DNA of 64,000 bases from positions 256,001-320,000 of the forward strand of contig CAYSCM010000001.1 of the NCBI GenBank assembly GCA_964429815.1. Reading direction: 5' to 3'. The notes under the pieces were generated by a model. The model saw nothing but the letters and a program-made list of their open reading frames with translations, had not been told where the DNA came from and did no database searches. Within the stretch, counting starts at the first letter, position 1. Every line of letters starts with the position of its first letter. A program made the position numbers and the translations under genes. Below are positions 46,817-56,694 of this stretch, piece after piece. The stretch is from an uncultured Candidatus Saccharibacteria bacterium. Its GTDB lineage: Bacteria > Patescibacteriota > Minisyncoccia > Phycocordibacterales > CAYSCM01.

Positions 46817-47596
46817 CTACGAAGTGGAGGCGTTTTTGGGTGCCGAGCGCTTCTCTACTTCGATCGCAAGAAAGAGGGGGATCTCTTTGCGGGAGTGATC
46901 TTCGGCAGCAGCCCGTGGGCCCTTCTCGCTCACCTTGTGCGAGATCCACTCTTCAAGGCGGGTGATGGAAAGCCCTGCCGAGCGAAGTGCCTTCGTATAG
47001 TCTTGCAGCGATCGGTGAAATGAATACGTAAATTCTTTCGCCGCCGAACCCGGGTGCGTATCTATTTCGATCTTCGCGGACGAAAGATAGGCATCGATTC
47101 TGCGATACTGCACCCTTTCTTTCTCATCGTAGCCCCAAGAACTTTTTTTCGGGATACGAAAGGCGGGATGATTAAGGACAAAGATAAAACGCCCCGTTTT
47201 CGTCAGCACGCGTGCCACCTCCGCAAACACCGGGGGAAGCGATTGCATATTTTGAAGCGCAAGGACGCACAGCACGACATCAAAAGAAGCGTCGGCGGCA
47301 AAGGAGAGGTGTGTCGCATTGGCAATATGAAAGGGTATCTTCGGTGAGGCAATTTTCGCCCGTTCGATAAGGGAAGGTGAGAGATCACACCCAACAATCG
47401 TTTTGGCGTTTTGTGCGAAAGCTCTCGTGAAGTATCCTTCTCCGCAAGCAAGATCAAGCACGGCCTCGGCCTTGTCGAGCTCGAGGATACGCTTGAGATT
47501 GGGGAGAAGCACTCTCGCGTGGTAGGTATCCCCCTCCTCGAGGTGTTGCCCGTACCAATCCGCGACATTTTCCCATGACGTGTCTTTCTTTTTCAT
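46817..47596 (-). CDS. class I SAM-dependent methyltransferase
   Basis: VLDLACGEGYFT motif I. Confidence 0.8.
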   Translation of the reverse strand: MKKKDTSWENVADWYGQHLEEGDTYHARVLLPNLKRILELDKAEAVLDLACGEGYFTRAFAQNAKTIVGCDLSPSLIERAKIASPKIPFHIANATHLSFAADASFDVVLCVLALQNMQSLPPVFAEVARVLTKTGRFIFVLNHPAFRIPKKSSWGYDEKERVQYRRIDAYLSSAKIEIDTHPGSAAKEFTYSFHRSLQDYTKALRSAGLSITRLEEWISHKVSEKGPRAAAEDHSRKEIPLFLAIEVEKRSAPKNASTS

Positions 47597-48183
47597 CTCT
47601 TTTCCAAAACAGCGATCACACGCTCGTACAGAGTGTCGATGGGGGAGGCTTTTATGAGTAAGAAATTGTTGGATTCTGCTTGTTTTTTGATCTTATTTCC
47701 GTATGTGTAGTGATACAGGGCATCTTTCTTTGCTCTCTCTCCTTCCTTATTACCACGCTTGCGCAGAGTCTGTCTCTCATAAATGGGCTCGACTTCGTCG
47801 TAAAGGAAGAGTGCCTTTATTTGGATCTAGTCTCTCGTGGCCAATAGATCGGGAATAATCCCATCACCTTCGAAAATTACCTCTTCATTGCATCGTATAT
47901 GTTTCGAAAGGAGTGTATTGAGAGAAGGCCATACTGCGTGGCCAACATCGAGTAATTTCTGAGCGAAAACCTCGGCAGAAAAATCTTCAAGATAATTTTG
48001 GTGATCGACAAACGTAAACAATGCTGGAGACCTTGAGCTGTCGGCCACTTCGCGGATCGCAATTCGTATGTCGTCTATCTCGGTCAGGGGAATCTGATAT
48101 TTATTTGCAATCTGTCGAGCCAAATACGATTTTCCTACGCCGGAACTTCCGCCAATAAGGAGGACTGTCCATTCTTTCTCCAT
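47593..48183 (-). pseudogene. P-loop kinase/ATPase gene interrupted by a single in-frame TAG (47824-47826)
   Basis: GGSSGVGKS Walker A; reading frame continues uninterrupted for 76 codons after TAG and ends in ATGA overlap with methyltransferase start. Confidence 0.55.
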
Positions 48184-48204
48184 CCTTCAATTATAAGGCG
48201 AGCT

Positions 48205-48288
48205 ACTCTGGATTCAGAAAACCGTCGTCAATCCCCATAAGGGTATTTTAGCGCTTCTAAAGACGACTTGTTGAGGCTCTCAGGTCGC
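48205..48288. repeat. intergenic repeat family, copy A
   Basis: shares ggattca..tcaatcccc..gggtatttt..gacttgttgaggc.ctc.ggtcg with copies B and C. Confidence 0.5.
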
Positions 48289-48656
48289 TAAGATTTATGC
48301 ACCGCTTCAAGATTGTGGCCGTTGGGGTCAATTACAAACGCAGCAAAATATCCAGGCTCATAATCGCGCAGGCCGGGAGCACCATTATCAGTCGCGCCAC
48401 GGGTAAGTGCAATTTTGTAAAATTCCTCAACGGCCTGCCTGCTCTTTGCGGTCAGGGCTATGTGTACGGATTTTGAAAGGGGCATGTCCACTCCGGCCTG
48501 GCTTATTTCGAGCATGTCGTGAGGGTTAGACCCAAAGCCAACTACGACACCTTCAATTTCAAATACGACATTGTACCCGAGTGCCCCAAGTACCGCTTCG
48601 TAAAACAAGCGGTTCTTTGCGAAATCTGTTACTTTAATTTGTACGTGGTCAAACAT
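48288..48656 (-). CDS. VOC/glyoxalase family protein
   Basis: MFDHVQIKVTDFAKNRLFYEAVLG glyoxalase pattern. Confidence 0.7.
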   Translation of the reverse strand: MFDHVQIKVTDFAKNRLFYEAVLGALGYNVVFEIEGVVVGFGSNPHDMLEISQAGVDMPLSKSVHIALTAKSRQAVEEFYKIALTRGATDNGAPGLRDYEPGYFAAFVIDPNGHNLEAVHKS

Positions 48657-48685
48657 ACTTACATTATAGTCGAGTGTTGATACCC

Positions 48686-48803
48686 GGATCTGTCCGATAC
48701 AAAAGTCTTCGGGCGGGCCGCTCGGGATTCAAACTTTTAAGCTCAATAAACACGAGGGTATTTTTGGCCCATCTTGGTGCAATCTGTTGAGGCCTTCGAG
48801 TCG
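48686..48803. repeat. intergenic repeat family, copy B (contains both sub-motifs)
   Basis: ggatctgtccgatacaaaag..cgggcgg + ctcgggattcaaacttttaagctcaat..gggtattttt..ctgttgaggccttcgagtcgc. Confidence 0.5.
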
Positions 48804-48863
48804 CAAAGGTTTCTTTGGGATTATCCGAATTGAACTCCGGGAAGATCCTTTCGACGTAACCTG

Positions 48864-49553
48864 CTACCATTGTCCGAGATCAAGAACCGGCTTGCCGATA
48901 ACCGCGTTTTGTGCGACGGTCCAAGTGGAGGTTGCGGACGGATTGTCCTTGGAAAGATACCACTCGCCGCTCTGAATTGTCGTTCCGTTTATTATTTCAC
49001 CAGGAACGCCAATAACCCGAGCGATGATATTGTGCGAACTTTGGCCAGAACCAACTCTGGCAAGAATGATATCGCCTTTTTGTACGGAGCGATCATATTT
49101 TTCAATTATGAGATATTCATTTGCCGGATAAGTTGGCGCCATCGAATCCCCGCTCATCAGAAAAGGTTCGAGGAGAAAACCCCGAAAAGCTACAATGATT
49201 ATAATCGCAAACAACCAGAACGCGACAGAGCCGGTGAGGAGGGCAGGTAAAAATTTCCAGAAGGTGACGGCAAAATATTTCCGATACAGAAAATACGCAA
49301 CAGCGTAGAAAACTAAAGTTATCGAGAGCTTAAAGATGCCTGCTCCAAGCCAGAAAACCAGCACGCCCACGATGGCTGACGCGACTGTGGAAAGAAAAAG
49401 AATTATTGCAACGCGCCCAAAAGTGCTTGTTTTGATCCCATACAATTTATTTGCCAAATTCACAAACTCGATGCTACCAATGAAAAACAGTCCGCCAACA
49501 ATCAGTATGGGCACAAGAATAGTAAGACTCATGTTAAGATTATACCTTTCCAA
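48864..49553 (-). CDS. lepB: signal peptidase I with extended N-terminal TM region
   Basis: SGDSMAPTY catalytic Ser box, ...GDNR-like region. Confidence 0.75.
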   Translation of the reverse strand: MERYNLNMSLTILVPILIVGGLFFIGSIEFVNLANKLYGIKTSTFGRVAIILFLSTVASAIVGVLVFWLGAGIFKLSITLVFYAVAYFLYRKYFAVTFWKFLPALLTGSVAFWLFAIIIIVAFRGFLLEPFLMSGDSMAPTYPANEYLIIEKYDRSVQKGDIILARVGSGQSSHNIIARVIGVPGEIINGTTIQSGEWYLSKDNPSATSTWTVAQNAVIGKPVLDLGQW

Positions 49554-49584
49554 AAAGGTTACTTACATTGTTCACTCAAACCCT

Positions 49585-49680
49585 CAGGTCTACCGATAAA
49601 AAGTTGTCAATGCGGAGAGGGCCGGTCTAGAACTCGGCCTCGTCAAGCAGTGTAAGGGTTTCTTGGCAACTTGGCGACCA
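49585..49680. repeat. intergenic repeat family, copy E
   Basis: caggtctaccgataaaaagttgtcaatgcggagagggccggtctag matches copies B/D sub-motif 1. Confidence 0.45.
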
Positions 49681-49721
49681 CGCGTTTTCAGGGAGAACGG
49701 TCGGGAGCTGTTGAATGCGAC

Positions 49722-50294
49722 CTAATGTAATCTCTTACCAGATCGCATCATCGCGAGAAGTACTTCCATACGGCGAGCTCTCGTTTCTAGCCTTTTAGCC
49801 GTTTGGAGTCTCCACGCAATCGCGTAGGTATTCACACGATTGAGTGACTTGAAAAAATCGTAAGCCTTCGGATCTTTTTTTACCGCTTCAACAAAATCCG
49901 CGGGGACCTCCGCCGTACTCCCGACGTCATAGGCTCGATCCCATCGGCCATCCTTTTTTGCCGCGTCTATCTCCCTCTTCCCAGCAGCGGTCATGCGGCC
50001 TTCTTTAAGTAGACGAAGGACGTGCTCGCGATTCCGCTTCGACCACATGCTTTGTGGACGGCGTGGCGTAAATTTTTGCAAGAATGAACCGGCATCATAG
50101 GCCTTCTTTTGCCCGTCAATCCATCCATAACAAAGCGCTTCATCGAGGGCTTCATCATAGGTTGCGGATTTGTGGCCGGAACCTTTTTTGTAAATACGGA
50201 GCCAAACACCTTCCGAACGCGAGTAATGCTTTGAAAGCCACGAACGCCAACTCGCAGCCATAGCAAACAATTTGATCGGAATTTTTTTCGCCAT
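49722..50294 (-). CDS. YdeI/OmpD-associated family protein
   Basis: pattern typical of PF13376 (LRIYKKGSG..., YAIAWRLQTAKR). Confidence 0.55.
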   Translation of the reverse strand: MAKKIPIKLFAMAASWRSWLSKHYSRSEGVWLRIYKKGSGHKSATYDEALDEALCYGWIDGQKKAYDAGSFLQKFTPRRPQSMWSKRNREHVLRLLKEGRMTAAGKREIDAAKKDGRWDRAYDVGSTAEVPADFVEAVKKDPKAYDFFKSLNRVNTYAIAWRLQTAKRLETRARRMEVLLAMMRSGKRLH

Positions 50295-50310
50295 GAGCCA
50301 AACGTTTTGC

Positions 50311-50398
50311 GGGCCACTCGGGATTCAACTTTTAGAGGTCAATCCCCGCAAGAGTATTTTGGTGGATTCAATGCCGACTTGTTGAGGCACTCGGGTCG
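50311..50398. repeat. intergenic repeat family, copy C
   Basis: gggccactcgggattcaacttttagaggtcaatccccgcaagagtattttgg..gacttgttgaggcactcgggtcgg. Confidence 0.5.
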
Positions 50399-50436
50399 GA
50401 GTCTATAAAGCAGTGGGCTTACTAAATTGCCTGAGG

Positions 50437-51051
50437 CTACCTGGCATCTGTTTTGATCATTTTAACGATTTCCGGGAATCGCTCGATGTTGAAATGTCCG
50501 TTTTTGCTCTTGAAGATAGTTATTTGCGCAGTTGGAAGTTTTGCTCGATATTTTTCTGCGTGCGCGACTGGGACAACATCGTCATCTTTCGAGAACAGAA
50601 GGTAAAGATTCTTACAGTTCTGCTGAATCATCGAAAGGTTTTTCTTAAGCTCAAAGCCTCCGGCTAGCCTGTCGCCTGGCATGTCGTCGTCAAACGGAGG
50701 ACATACGAGATATATCGAAATTGCTTTCTTGGACAGTTTGTTTTCAGAAAGATATTTAGCGAGGAAAATGCCACCGAGAGAGCCACCAATGAGAATGAAA
50801 GGTCGTCTAAGGAGCAGGAGATAATTCTCGAACATAATCTTCCAATCACGATACTGCGAATTGTCCTGCAGCGGCATTCGTGGAATCGTCACAACAAACT
50901 TGGCGCCCAGATCTTTTTGGAGATTATCGCTGTTCCAGCGGATCCGTTTACCCAGCGTTACCTTCTTAGTTTTAAGATATTTGACATATTCCTTGTCGGA
51001 CACAAAAGTATTGCCACCATGGATATAGAGGACATCTATTTTCCTTTTCAT
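50437..51051 (-). CDS. alpha/beta hydrolase (YdeN/RBBP9-like serine hydrolase)
   Basis: GGSLGG nucleophile elbow; AT-richer than flanks. Confidence 0.6.
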   Translation of the reverse strand: MKRKIDVLYIHGGNTFVSDKEYVKYLKTKKVTLGKRIRWNSDNLQKDLGAKFVVTIPRMPLQDNSQYRDWKIMFENYLLLLRRPFILIGGSLGGIFLAKYLSENKLSKKAISIYLVCPPFDDDMPGDRLAGGFELKKNLSMIQQNCKNLYLLFSKDDDVVPVAHAEKYRAKLPTAQITIFKSKNGHFNIERFPEIVKMIKTDAR

Positions 51052-51087
51052 ATTAGAACTATAGCAATAATGAGGGCCAAGATCTTC

Positions 51088-51150
51088 GGGTCTGTCCGAT
51101 AATAAAGTTTTCGGGCGGAGAGGGTGGGATTAGGTCACAAGTATTTTTCT
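51088..51150. repeat. intergenic repeat family, copy D
   Basis: gggtctgtccgataataaagttttcgggcggagagggtgggattaggtcacaagtattttt. Confidence 0.45.
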
Positions 51151-51261
51151 GCTGAAAAATCTCGCGACCCCGCCTCGCGCCAGCGCTGCGGCTTTCGAAT
51201 CCCATCCCTACCGCAATGATGAATCGCGCAGACGCCTCCCCGGGCGTCTTTGCGAATCATT

Positions 51262-51350
51262 GCGGAGAGGGTGGGATTTGAACCCACGGTCCAGTTTCCC
51301 GGACTCCGCATTTCGAGTGCGGTGCCTTCGACCAACTCAGCCACCTCTCC
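51262..51350 (-). tRNA. tRNA-Ser (anticodon CGA)
   Basis: GGAGAGG acceptor, anticodon loop CTCGAAA, long variable arm GTCCGGGAAACTGGACC, T-arm GTGGG TTCAAAT CCCAC; followed by long imperfect hairpin 51205-51260. Confidence 0.85.
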
Positions 51351-51431
51351 AACCTGCAAAACATACCATAGCTCAGACAATTTTCATCTTTGTAAGGAGT
51401 CGCACCAGGTCCGTTTCCTACACGGTGAGCT

Positions 51432-52061
51432 CTAATGCGCCAGTGCGATGAGGACGACTTCGCGCGCTCCGGGAAGCCGGAGCGCGCGTTTTGCTTCCGA
51501 GAGCGTAGCACCGGTGGTCATGACGTCGTCGACGACGATAAGAAGGCCCTCCGGCAAGGCTCCGGTCAGAGCGAAAGTCCCTTCAACATTCTGAAGCCTC
51601 CCCTGCCGGGAGAGCGAAGTCTGGGGCGCTGTGTCGCGCATCTTTTTTAAAAGTCCCGCGACACGGGCCTCGCCGAGCCTTCGTGCCGCAACGGCGAGAA
51701 CAAGCTCGACCTGGTTAAAACCCCGCGCACGCAGGCGCTCTTGCGAGAGCGGAGAGGGGATGAGAACGAGCGGGCGCTCGAGCACGCCCTCGTCTTCCAC
51801 AAACGACAGCAGGGCCTCGGCGAGTGCGCTTCCGAGAATCTCCGCACTGCGCCTATCCCTTCTGTACTTAAGCTCTCGTATGAGCGCGCAGACAAGGGGA
51901 TCTTTGTAGGAGGAGAGGACATGTATACCGTCGACAACGGTGCCGAAGGAGAATTTCGAAAGCGCTTCTGCGTCGCTTGTCGCGGCGATGAGCGCGGCTT
52001 CTCTGCGTTGCGGCAAGAGGAGGTTGAGAAGTTCCAAAAGCGCACGGCGAACTTTCTCCAT
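51432..52061 (-). CDS. comFC: ComF family phosphoribosyltransferase-domain competence protein
   Basis: C-terminal PRTase motif LIVVDDVMTTGATL. Confidence 0.75.
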   Translation of the reverse strand: MEKVRRALLELLNLLLPQRREAALIAATSDAEALSKFSFGTVVDGIHVLSSYKDPLVCALIRELKYRRDRRSAEILGSALAEALLSFVEDEGVLERPLVLIPSPLSQERLRARGFNQVELVLAVAARRLGEARVAGLLKKMRDTAPQTSLSRQGRLQNVEGTFALTGALPEGLLIVVDDVMTTGATLSEAKRALRLPGAREVVLIALAH

Positions 52062-52115
52062 GACCTTAATCTAGCCACGCTAACGTTGTGGGCGCAACGG
52101 GGTATACTACAAGGA

Positions 52116-53252
52116 ATGGTACGTTTAGGTGCTTCACTTTCTTCGCTTTTTGGCGGTGTGTTTTCGCAAAAACCCGCCGAAAGCGTCGTGGGCGTCGACA
52201 TAGGCTCTTCTTCTATAAAGGTCGTACAGTTGCGGCGTAAGTCCGGCGTTCCCGTCCTTGAGACGTACGGCGAGCTCGCGCTCGGCCCTTACGGCGGAGT
52301 CGAGATCGGTCGCGCCACGAATCTAGGGCCCGACGTCATAGCCAAAGCGCTCAATGATGTTGTGCGCGAGGCCAATGTCACCGCAACCTCCGGCGGCTTC
52401 TCCATCCCCTTCAGCGCCTCACTCATTTCACTCATCGAGCTTCCGCAGGTGCCTCCCGGTCAGCTCGCCCAGATGATCCCGCTCGAGGCGCGCAAGTACA
52501 TCCCCGTCTCAATCGGCGAGGTGACGCTCGACTGGTTCGTCATACCCAAAGAAGAAGCGCGCTACCTGTCCCTTTCGGAAGATAAGGAAAAGGCGCCGGA
52601 AGCGTCCAAAATAAACGTGCTCCTTGTCGCTATCCACAATGACACGCTCAGCAAGTACCGCGACATCATAAAACAGACCAAGCTTACACCAGGATTTTTC
52701 GAGATAGAGATCTTCAGCGCCGCTCGCGCTTCACTCGAGCAAGGCATTGCACCGGTCATGGTCCTCGACCTCGGGGCTGCGACCACGAAGCTCTACATCG
52801 TCGAGTACGGCATCGTGCGTGCCTCCCACAACATCAACCGCGGCGGGCAGGACGTGACGCTCGCACTTTCCCGCACCCTCGGCGTTTCCGTCCAAAAAGC
52901 GGAGGAGATGAAGCGCGAACTCGGGCTCCTGCCGGGGCAAAACGGCACGGGGGTATCGGAGACGGCGCTCCTCTCCCTCGAATACATTTTTTCGGAAGCC
53001 AATCGTGTGCTTCTCTCCTATGAGCGGCGTTTCAATAAAAACGTCAGCAAGGTGGCCCTCGTCGGCGGCGGAGCCATTATGAAGGGACTTCTTGAGGTCT
53101 CGAAAAAACATTTCCAGACGGACGTTGTGCTCGGGAACCCTTTTGCGAAAGTCGAGGCTCCAGCGTTCCTGGAGCATGTTTTGCGACAGGCCGGGCCGGA
53201 ATTTTCCGTCGCGACGGGACTTGCCCTTCGAAAGCTCTCCGAGCAGGGATAA
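52116..53252 (+). CDS. pilM: type IV pilus assembly protein PilM
   Basis: actin-like ATPase fold, VGVDIGSSSIKVVQL; TATACT 7 nt upstream. Confidence 0.8.
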   Translation: MVRLGASLSSLFGGVFSQKPAESVVGVDIGSSSIKVVQLRRKSGVPVLETYGELALGPYGGVEIGRATNLGPDVIAKALNDVVREANVTATSGGFSIPFSASLISLIELPQVPPGQLAQMIPLEARKYIPVSIGEVTLDWFVIPKEEARYLSLSEDKEKAPEASKINVLLVAIHNDTLSKYRDIIKQTKLTPGFFEIEIFSAARASLEQGIAPVMVLDLGAATTKLYIVEYGIVRASHNINRGGQDVTLALSRTLGVSVQKAEEMKRELGLLPGQNGTGVSETALLSLEYIFSEANRVLLSYERRFNKNVSKVALVGGGAIMKGLLEVSKKHFQTDVVLGNPFAKVEAPAFLEHVLRQAGPEFSVATGLALRKLSEQG

Positions 53253-53297
53253 CTTGCTTGGAAGAGAATGTGAGCGTCGCCTATACTATAGAGTGAA

Positions 53298-53945
53298 ATG
53301 GAACCGAAGTTCCGTACATCTTTCATTCCAAAGCAGCCCATCGTGGCCGTCCCGGCGAAATCAACGCGTCGTGGCGGCGGGCTTCTCTTTCTCGTCGCGC
53401 TCATAATTTTTCTTGCTGCAGTCACCCTCGCCGGCGCGGTATTTCTCTACCAGCAGTACCTCAAGCAGGCGATAAGCTCCAATAAAGCTTCCCTTGAACG
53501 CGCACGGGCCGCGTTCGAGCCGGCGCTCATCCAGGAACTTGAGCGGCTCGACAGCCGCATAACGGTCGCCGGGCAGCTTCTCGGGAAACATACCGCTCCG
53601 GCAGAGCTTCTCACCTTCCTCGCCGACAACACGCTCCAGGACGTGCGCTTTACCGACTTCAATTACACCGCATCTGCGGACAAGATATCGCTCACCATGA
53701 AAGGGGAAGCCAAAAGTTTCGCCGCGGTCGTCCTACAATCGGATGCATTCGCTAAAACCCACGATCTCCACGAGCCTATTTTCTCCAATCTCAATCTCGA
53801 CGATAGGGGGAATGTCCAGTTCGACTTCGCCGCGTACGTAGAACCCGGCCTCGTTTCCTACGCCGCGTCTCTCGATCGAGGGCTCGGCGCAGCCGGTACG
53901 CAGCAGGGGACGAATGGTTCACAGCACGCCACCTCAACACCATGA
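53298..53945 (+). CDS. pilN: PilN-like pilus assembly protein
   Basis: N-terminal TM then coiled coil, position after pilM. Confidence 0.5.
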   Translation: MEPKFRTSFIPKQPIVAVPAKSTRRGGGLLFLVALIIFLAAVTLAGAVFLYQQYLKQAISSNKASLERARAAFEPALIQELERLDSRITVAGQLLGKHTAPAELLTFLADNTLQDVRFTDFNYTASADKISLTMKGEAKSFAAVVLQSDAFAKTHDLHEPIFSNLNLDDRGNVQFDFAAYVEPGLVSYAASLDRGLGAAGTQQGTNGSQHATSTP

Positions 53946-54484
53946 TAAAGTTCCTTATTCCCATCATCTTCGTTGGCACCGCAGCCGGGCTCTTCTTCGG
54001 CTACATCGACCCCACATACTCGAGCGTGAAAGGGCTTAAGGGGGAGAACCAGCAGTACTCCGATGCGCTCGATAAGGCCAAAGAGCTCCAGGCAGTGCGC
54101 GATCGCCTCCTCTCCAAGTACAACACCTTCCAGGGCTCCGACCTCGACCGTCTCCAGAAGCTCCTGCCGGATGCCATCGACAACGTGCGTCTCATCCTCG
54201 ACCTCGATAACATGGCAAGCCGCTACGCAATGCGCACTCGCAACGTCACCGTAAGTAACGAAAGCGCTCCCGCGCAAGGAACCGTTGGGCCGGACGTAAA
54301 CCGTTTCGGCACGGCGACCATCACCTTCTCGGTCATCGGCTCTTATGAAAATTTCCTTGCTTACTTGCGTGACCTTGAGACAAGCCTGCGACTCGTCGAT
54401 ATCACGACTGTTGTCTTTCAGGTCAACCAGGGAAGCGACCTCAACACCTACACCATTACCGTGAAGACCTATTGGCTCAAGTAA
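53942..54484 (+). CDS. pilO: PilO-like pilus assembly protein
   Basis: N-terminal TM, coiled coil, operon position. Confidence 0.5.
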   Translation: MIKFLIPIIFVGTAAGLFFGYIDPTYSSVKGLKGENQQYSDALDKAKELQAVRDRLLSKYNTFQGSDLDRLQKLLPDAIDNVRLILDLDNMASRYAMRTRNVTVSNESAPAQGTVGPDVNRFGTATITFSVIGSYENFLAYLRDLETSLRLVDITTVVFQVNQGSDLNTYTITVKTYWLK

Positions 54485-54486
54485 CC

Positions 54487-54825
54487 ATGAACTTTTTCGC
54501 AAAATACAAGAACATAACCGTCACCGTCGTTATCGCGATCCTTCTCTACCTCGGCTATTCTTATTTCTTCGGTGGCGTGAGCGCTCCGTCGAACATCGTC
54601 ACGGAGACCGCGAACCCGGCGCAGAGCGAAGTCGGCGGAGACCTTCTTCAGACGCTTCTCACACTGCGCTCGCTTACCCTCAACGAGGGGATTTTCACCG
54701 ACAAGGTGTTCGTCTCGCTCAGAGATTTCAGCCAGCCCATCACACCACTGCCTGTCGGCCGCAAGAACCCCTTCGCTCCGTTCACCGCCGCAGCGACGAA
54801 CCAAAAAGCGGGAACGACGCGCTAG
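54487..54825 (+). CDS. hypothetical pilus-operon membrane protein (PilP-like position)
   Basis: N-terminal TM; between pilO and pilB. Confidence 0.35.
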   Translation: MNFFAKYKNITVTVVIAILLYLGYSYFFGGVSAPSNIVTETANPAQSEVGGDLLQTLLTLRSLTLNEGIFTDKVFVSLRDFSQPITPLPVGRKNPFAPFTAAATNQKAGTTR

Positions 54826-54867
54826 TGCGCGGGAGGGCACAAGCGCGAGTTCGGCGTCAGGAGGACC

Positions 54868-56643
54868 ATGGAAAAACTACTTGAACTTTTAGTCGACAAG
54901 GGAGTTCTCAGCGCTTCCGATGCCGCTGCAATAAGCTCGCAAGCCACCGCCGAAGAGGGGGCCGAAGAGCAGCTTCAAAAGCGCGGCGTGAGCGCCGAAG
55001 ACATCCTTACCACAAAGAGCGATTACTACAAAGTTCCCTGGAAGACACTTGGCGACGAGACGGTCGCCATCGAGACCCTGCGCTATATTCCCGAAGAGTC
55101 GGCGGCGCACTACCGCTTCGTGCCGCTCGCACAGCGCGACGGGGTCCTTGAGGTTGGTATCCTCGACCCGGACAATATCGAAGCGCTCGATGCCCTTAAT
55201 TTCATAAGTTCGAAAATGGGTGTGCCCTACAAGGTGTTCCTCATCACCGAAGAGGATTTCAAAAAAGTCATTGGCATGTACAAGGGCCTCTCCTCCGAAG
55301 TGGGGAAGGCGCTATCCGAGCTCGGCGGGGAGCTTGGAGAGGCTGACGACCTTGAGACTCAGCTCTCGGAGGTGAAGGGGAAACTCAAAGAGGACGAAGA
55401 GCACATCAAGGAAGATGCCCCGGTCACGAAGATGGTCGCCACCATCATCCGCTATGCGGTCGAAGGGCGTGCTTCGGACATACACATCGAACCCACCGCC
55501 ACGAATGTGCGCGTGCGTTTCCGCGTCGACGGCGATCTCTACACGTCGCTCACTCTTCCCGCTGCCGTACAGAAAGCCATCGTCGCGCGCATCAAAATAC
55601 TCTCCCTCATCAAGCTCGATGAGAAGCGGAAGCCGCAGGACGGTCGTTTTTCGGCCATGGTCGACAACCGGCGCATCGATTTCCGCGTTTCGACTTTTCC
55701 CACCTCCTACGGTGAAAAGGTCGTGATGCGCATCCTTGACCGCGACAAGGGAGCCATCAAGCTCACCGACCTCGGGATGGAAGAGGAGCAGCTTGCGGCG
55801 GTCCGCGACATGATAAAGCACCCCTACGGCATCATTCTTCTCTCGGGCCCGACCGGCTCCGGTAAGTCGACAAGCCTCTACGCGATGCTCAACGAGATGG
55901 ACCGCGAAAAGAAAAACGTCGTCTCGCTCGAGGACCCGGTCGAGTATGACATCCAGGGCGTCGCGCAGTCTCAGGTCCGCCCGGAGATAGGCTATACGTT
56001 CGCTTCGGGGCTCCGTTCTATACTGCGCCAAGACCCGAACGTCATCATGGTCGGCGAGATCCGTGACAAGGAAACGGCCCAGCTTGCGGTGCAAGCGGCC
56101 CTCACCGGACACCTCGTCCTCTCGACCATCCACACCAACACGGCTGTCGGCGCAATACCGCGCCTCATCGATCTTGGCGTCGATCCGTTTCTCATCGCGC
56201 CGACCTTGATCGGCGTCATCGCCCAACGTCTCGTCCGTGTGCTCTGTAAGGGAAGCGGCAAGAAAATGCCGGTCGAAGGGAGCATCAAAATAATGCTCGA
56301 GAAACAGTTCGCTGATCTACCCGCCAAGTACCGCAGCCAGATCCCAACCGGAAAGTCCGTCTACGGTCTCGATCCGACGCCAGAGTGCCCCTCGGGGACC
56401 CGCGGGCGCACGGGGGTGTTCGAATTCCTCACCATGGATGCGGCGATCGAATCGATCATCCTCAAGCATCCGGTCGAGGAGGAGATCTGGACCATTGCGC
56501 GCGGTCGAGGCATGTTCACCATGAAGGAAGACGCGATCAAGAAAGCGATGAAAGGAGAGATACCGTTCGAGGAAATAAATACCCTCGGCGGGGCGCTCCT
56601 CACCGACGAAGAAGCGCCGCAAGGGGAAGAGGCGAAGTCATAG
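54868..56643 (+). CDS. pilB: type IV pilus assembly ATPase PilB (GspE family)
   Basis: N-terminal GSPII_E_N domain, Walker A GPTGSGKST, Asp/His boxes. Confidence 0.9.
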   Translation: MEKLLELLVDKGVLSASDAAAISSQATAEEGAEEQLQKRGVSAEDILTTKSDYYKVPWKTLGDETVAIETLRYIPEESAAHYRFVPLAQRDGVLEVGILDPDNIEALDALNFISSKMGVPYKVFLITEEDFKKVIGMYKGLSSEVGKALSELGGELGEADDLETQLSEVKGKLKEDEEHIKEDAPVTKMVATIIRYAVEGRASDIHIEPTATNVRVRFRVDGDLYTSLTLPAAVQKAIVARIKILSLIKLDEKRKPQDGRFSAMVDNRRIDFRVSTFPTSYGEKVVMRILDRDKGAIKLTDLGMEEEQLAAVRDMIKHPYGIILLSGPTGSGKSTSLYAMLNEMDREKKNVVSLEDPVEYDIQGVAQSQVRPEIGYTFASGLRSILRQDPNVIMVGEIRDKETAQLAVQAALTGHLVLSTIHTNTAVGAIPRLIDLGVDPFLIAPTLIGVIAQRLVRVLCKGSGKKMPVEGSIKIMLEKQFADLPAKYRSQIPTGKSVYGLDPTPECPSGTRGRTGVFEFLTMDAAIESIILKHPVEEEIWTIARGRGMFTMKEDAIKKAMKGEIPFEEINTLGGALLTDEEAPQGEEAKS

Positions 56644-56694
56644 TCTGTTGAAAAGCGGCGCGGATAGGCTCATGAGGGCGGTATACTGAGGGGC

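Noticed and set aside
48205-50398. Intergenic repeats as tRNA or tRNA-fragment genes (GGGATTCAAAC resembles a T-loop)
   Set aside because: Attempted cloverleaf folding fails; there is no T-stem partner or acceptor stem. They are better explained as a repeat/regulatory family.
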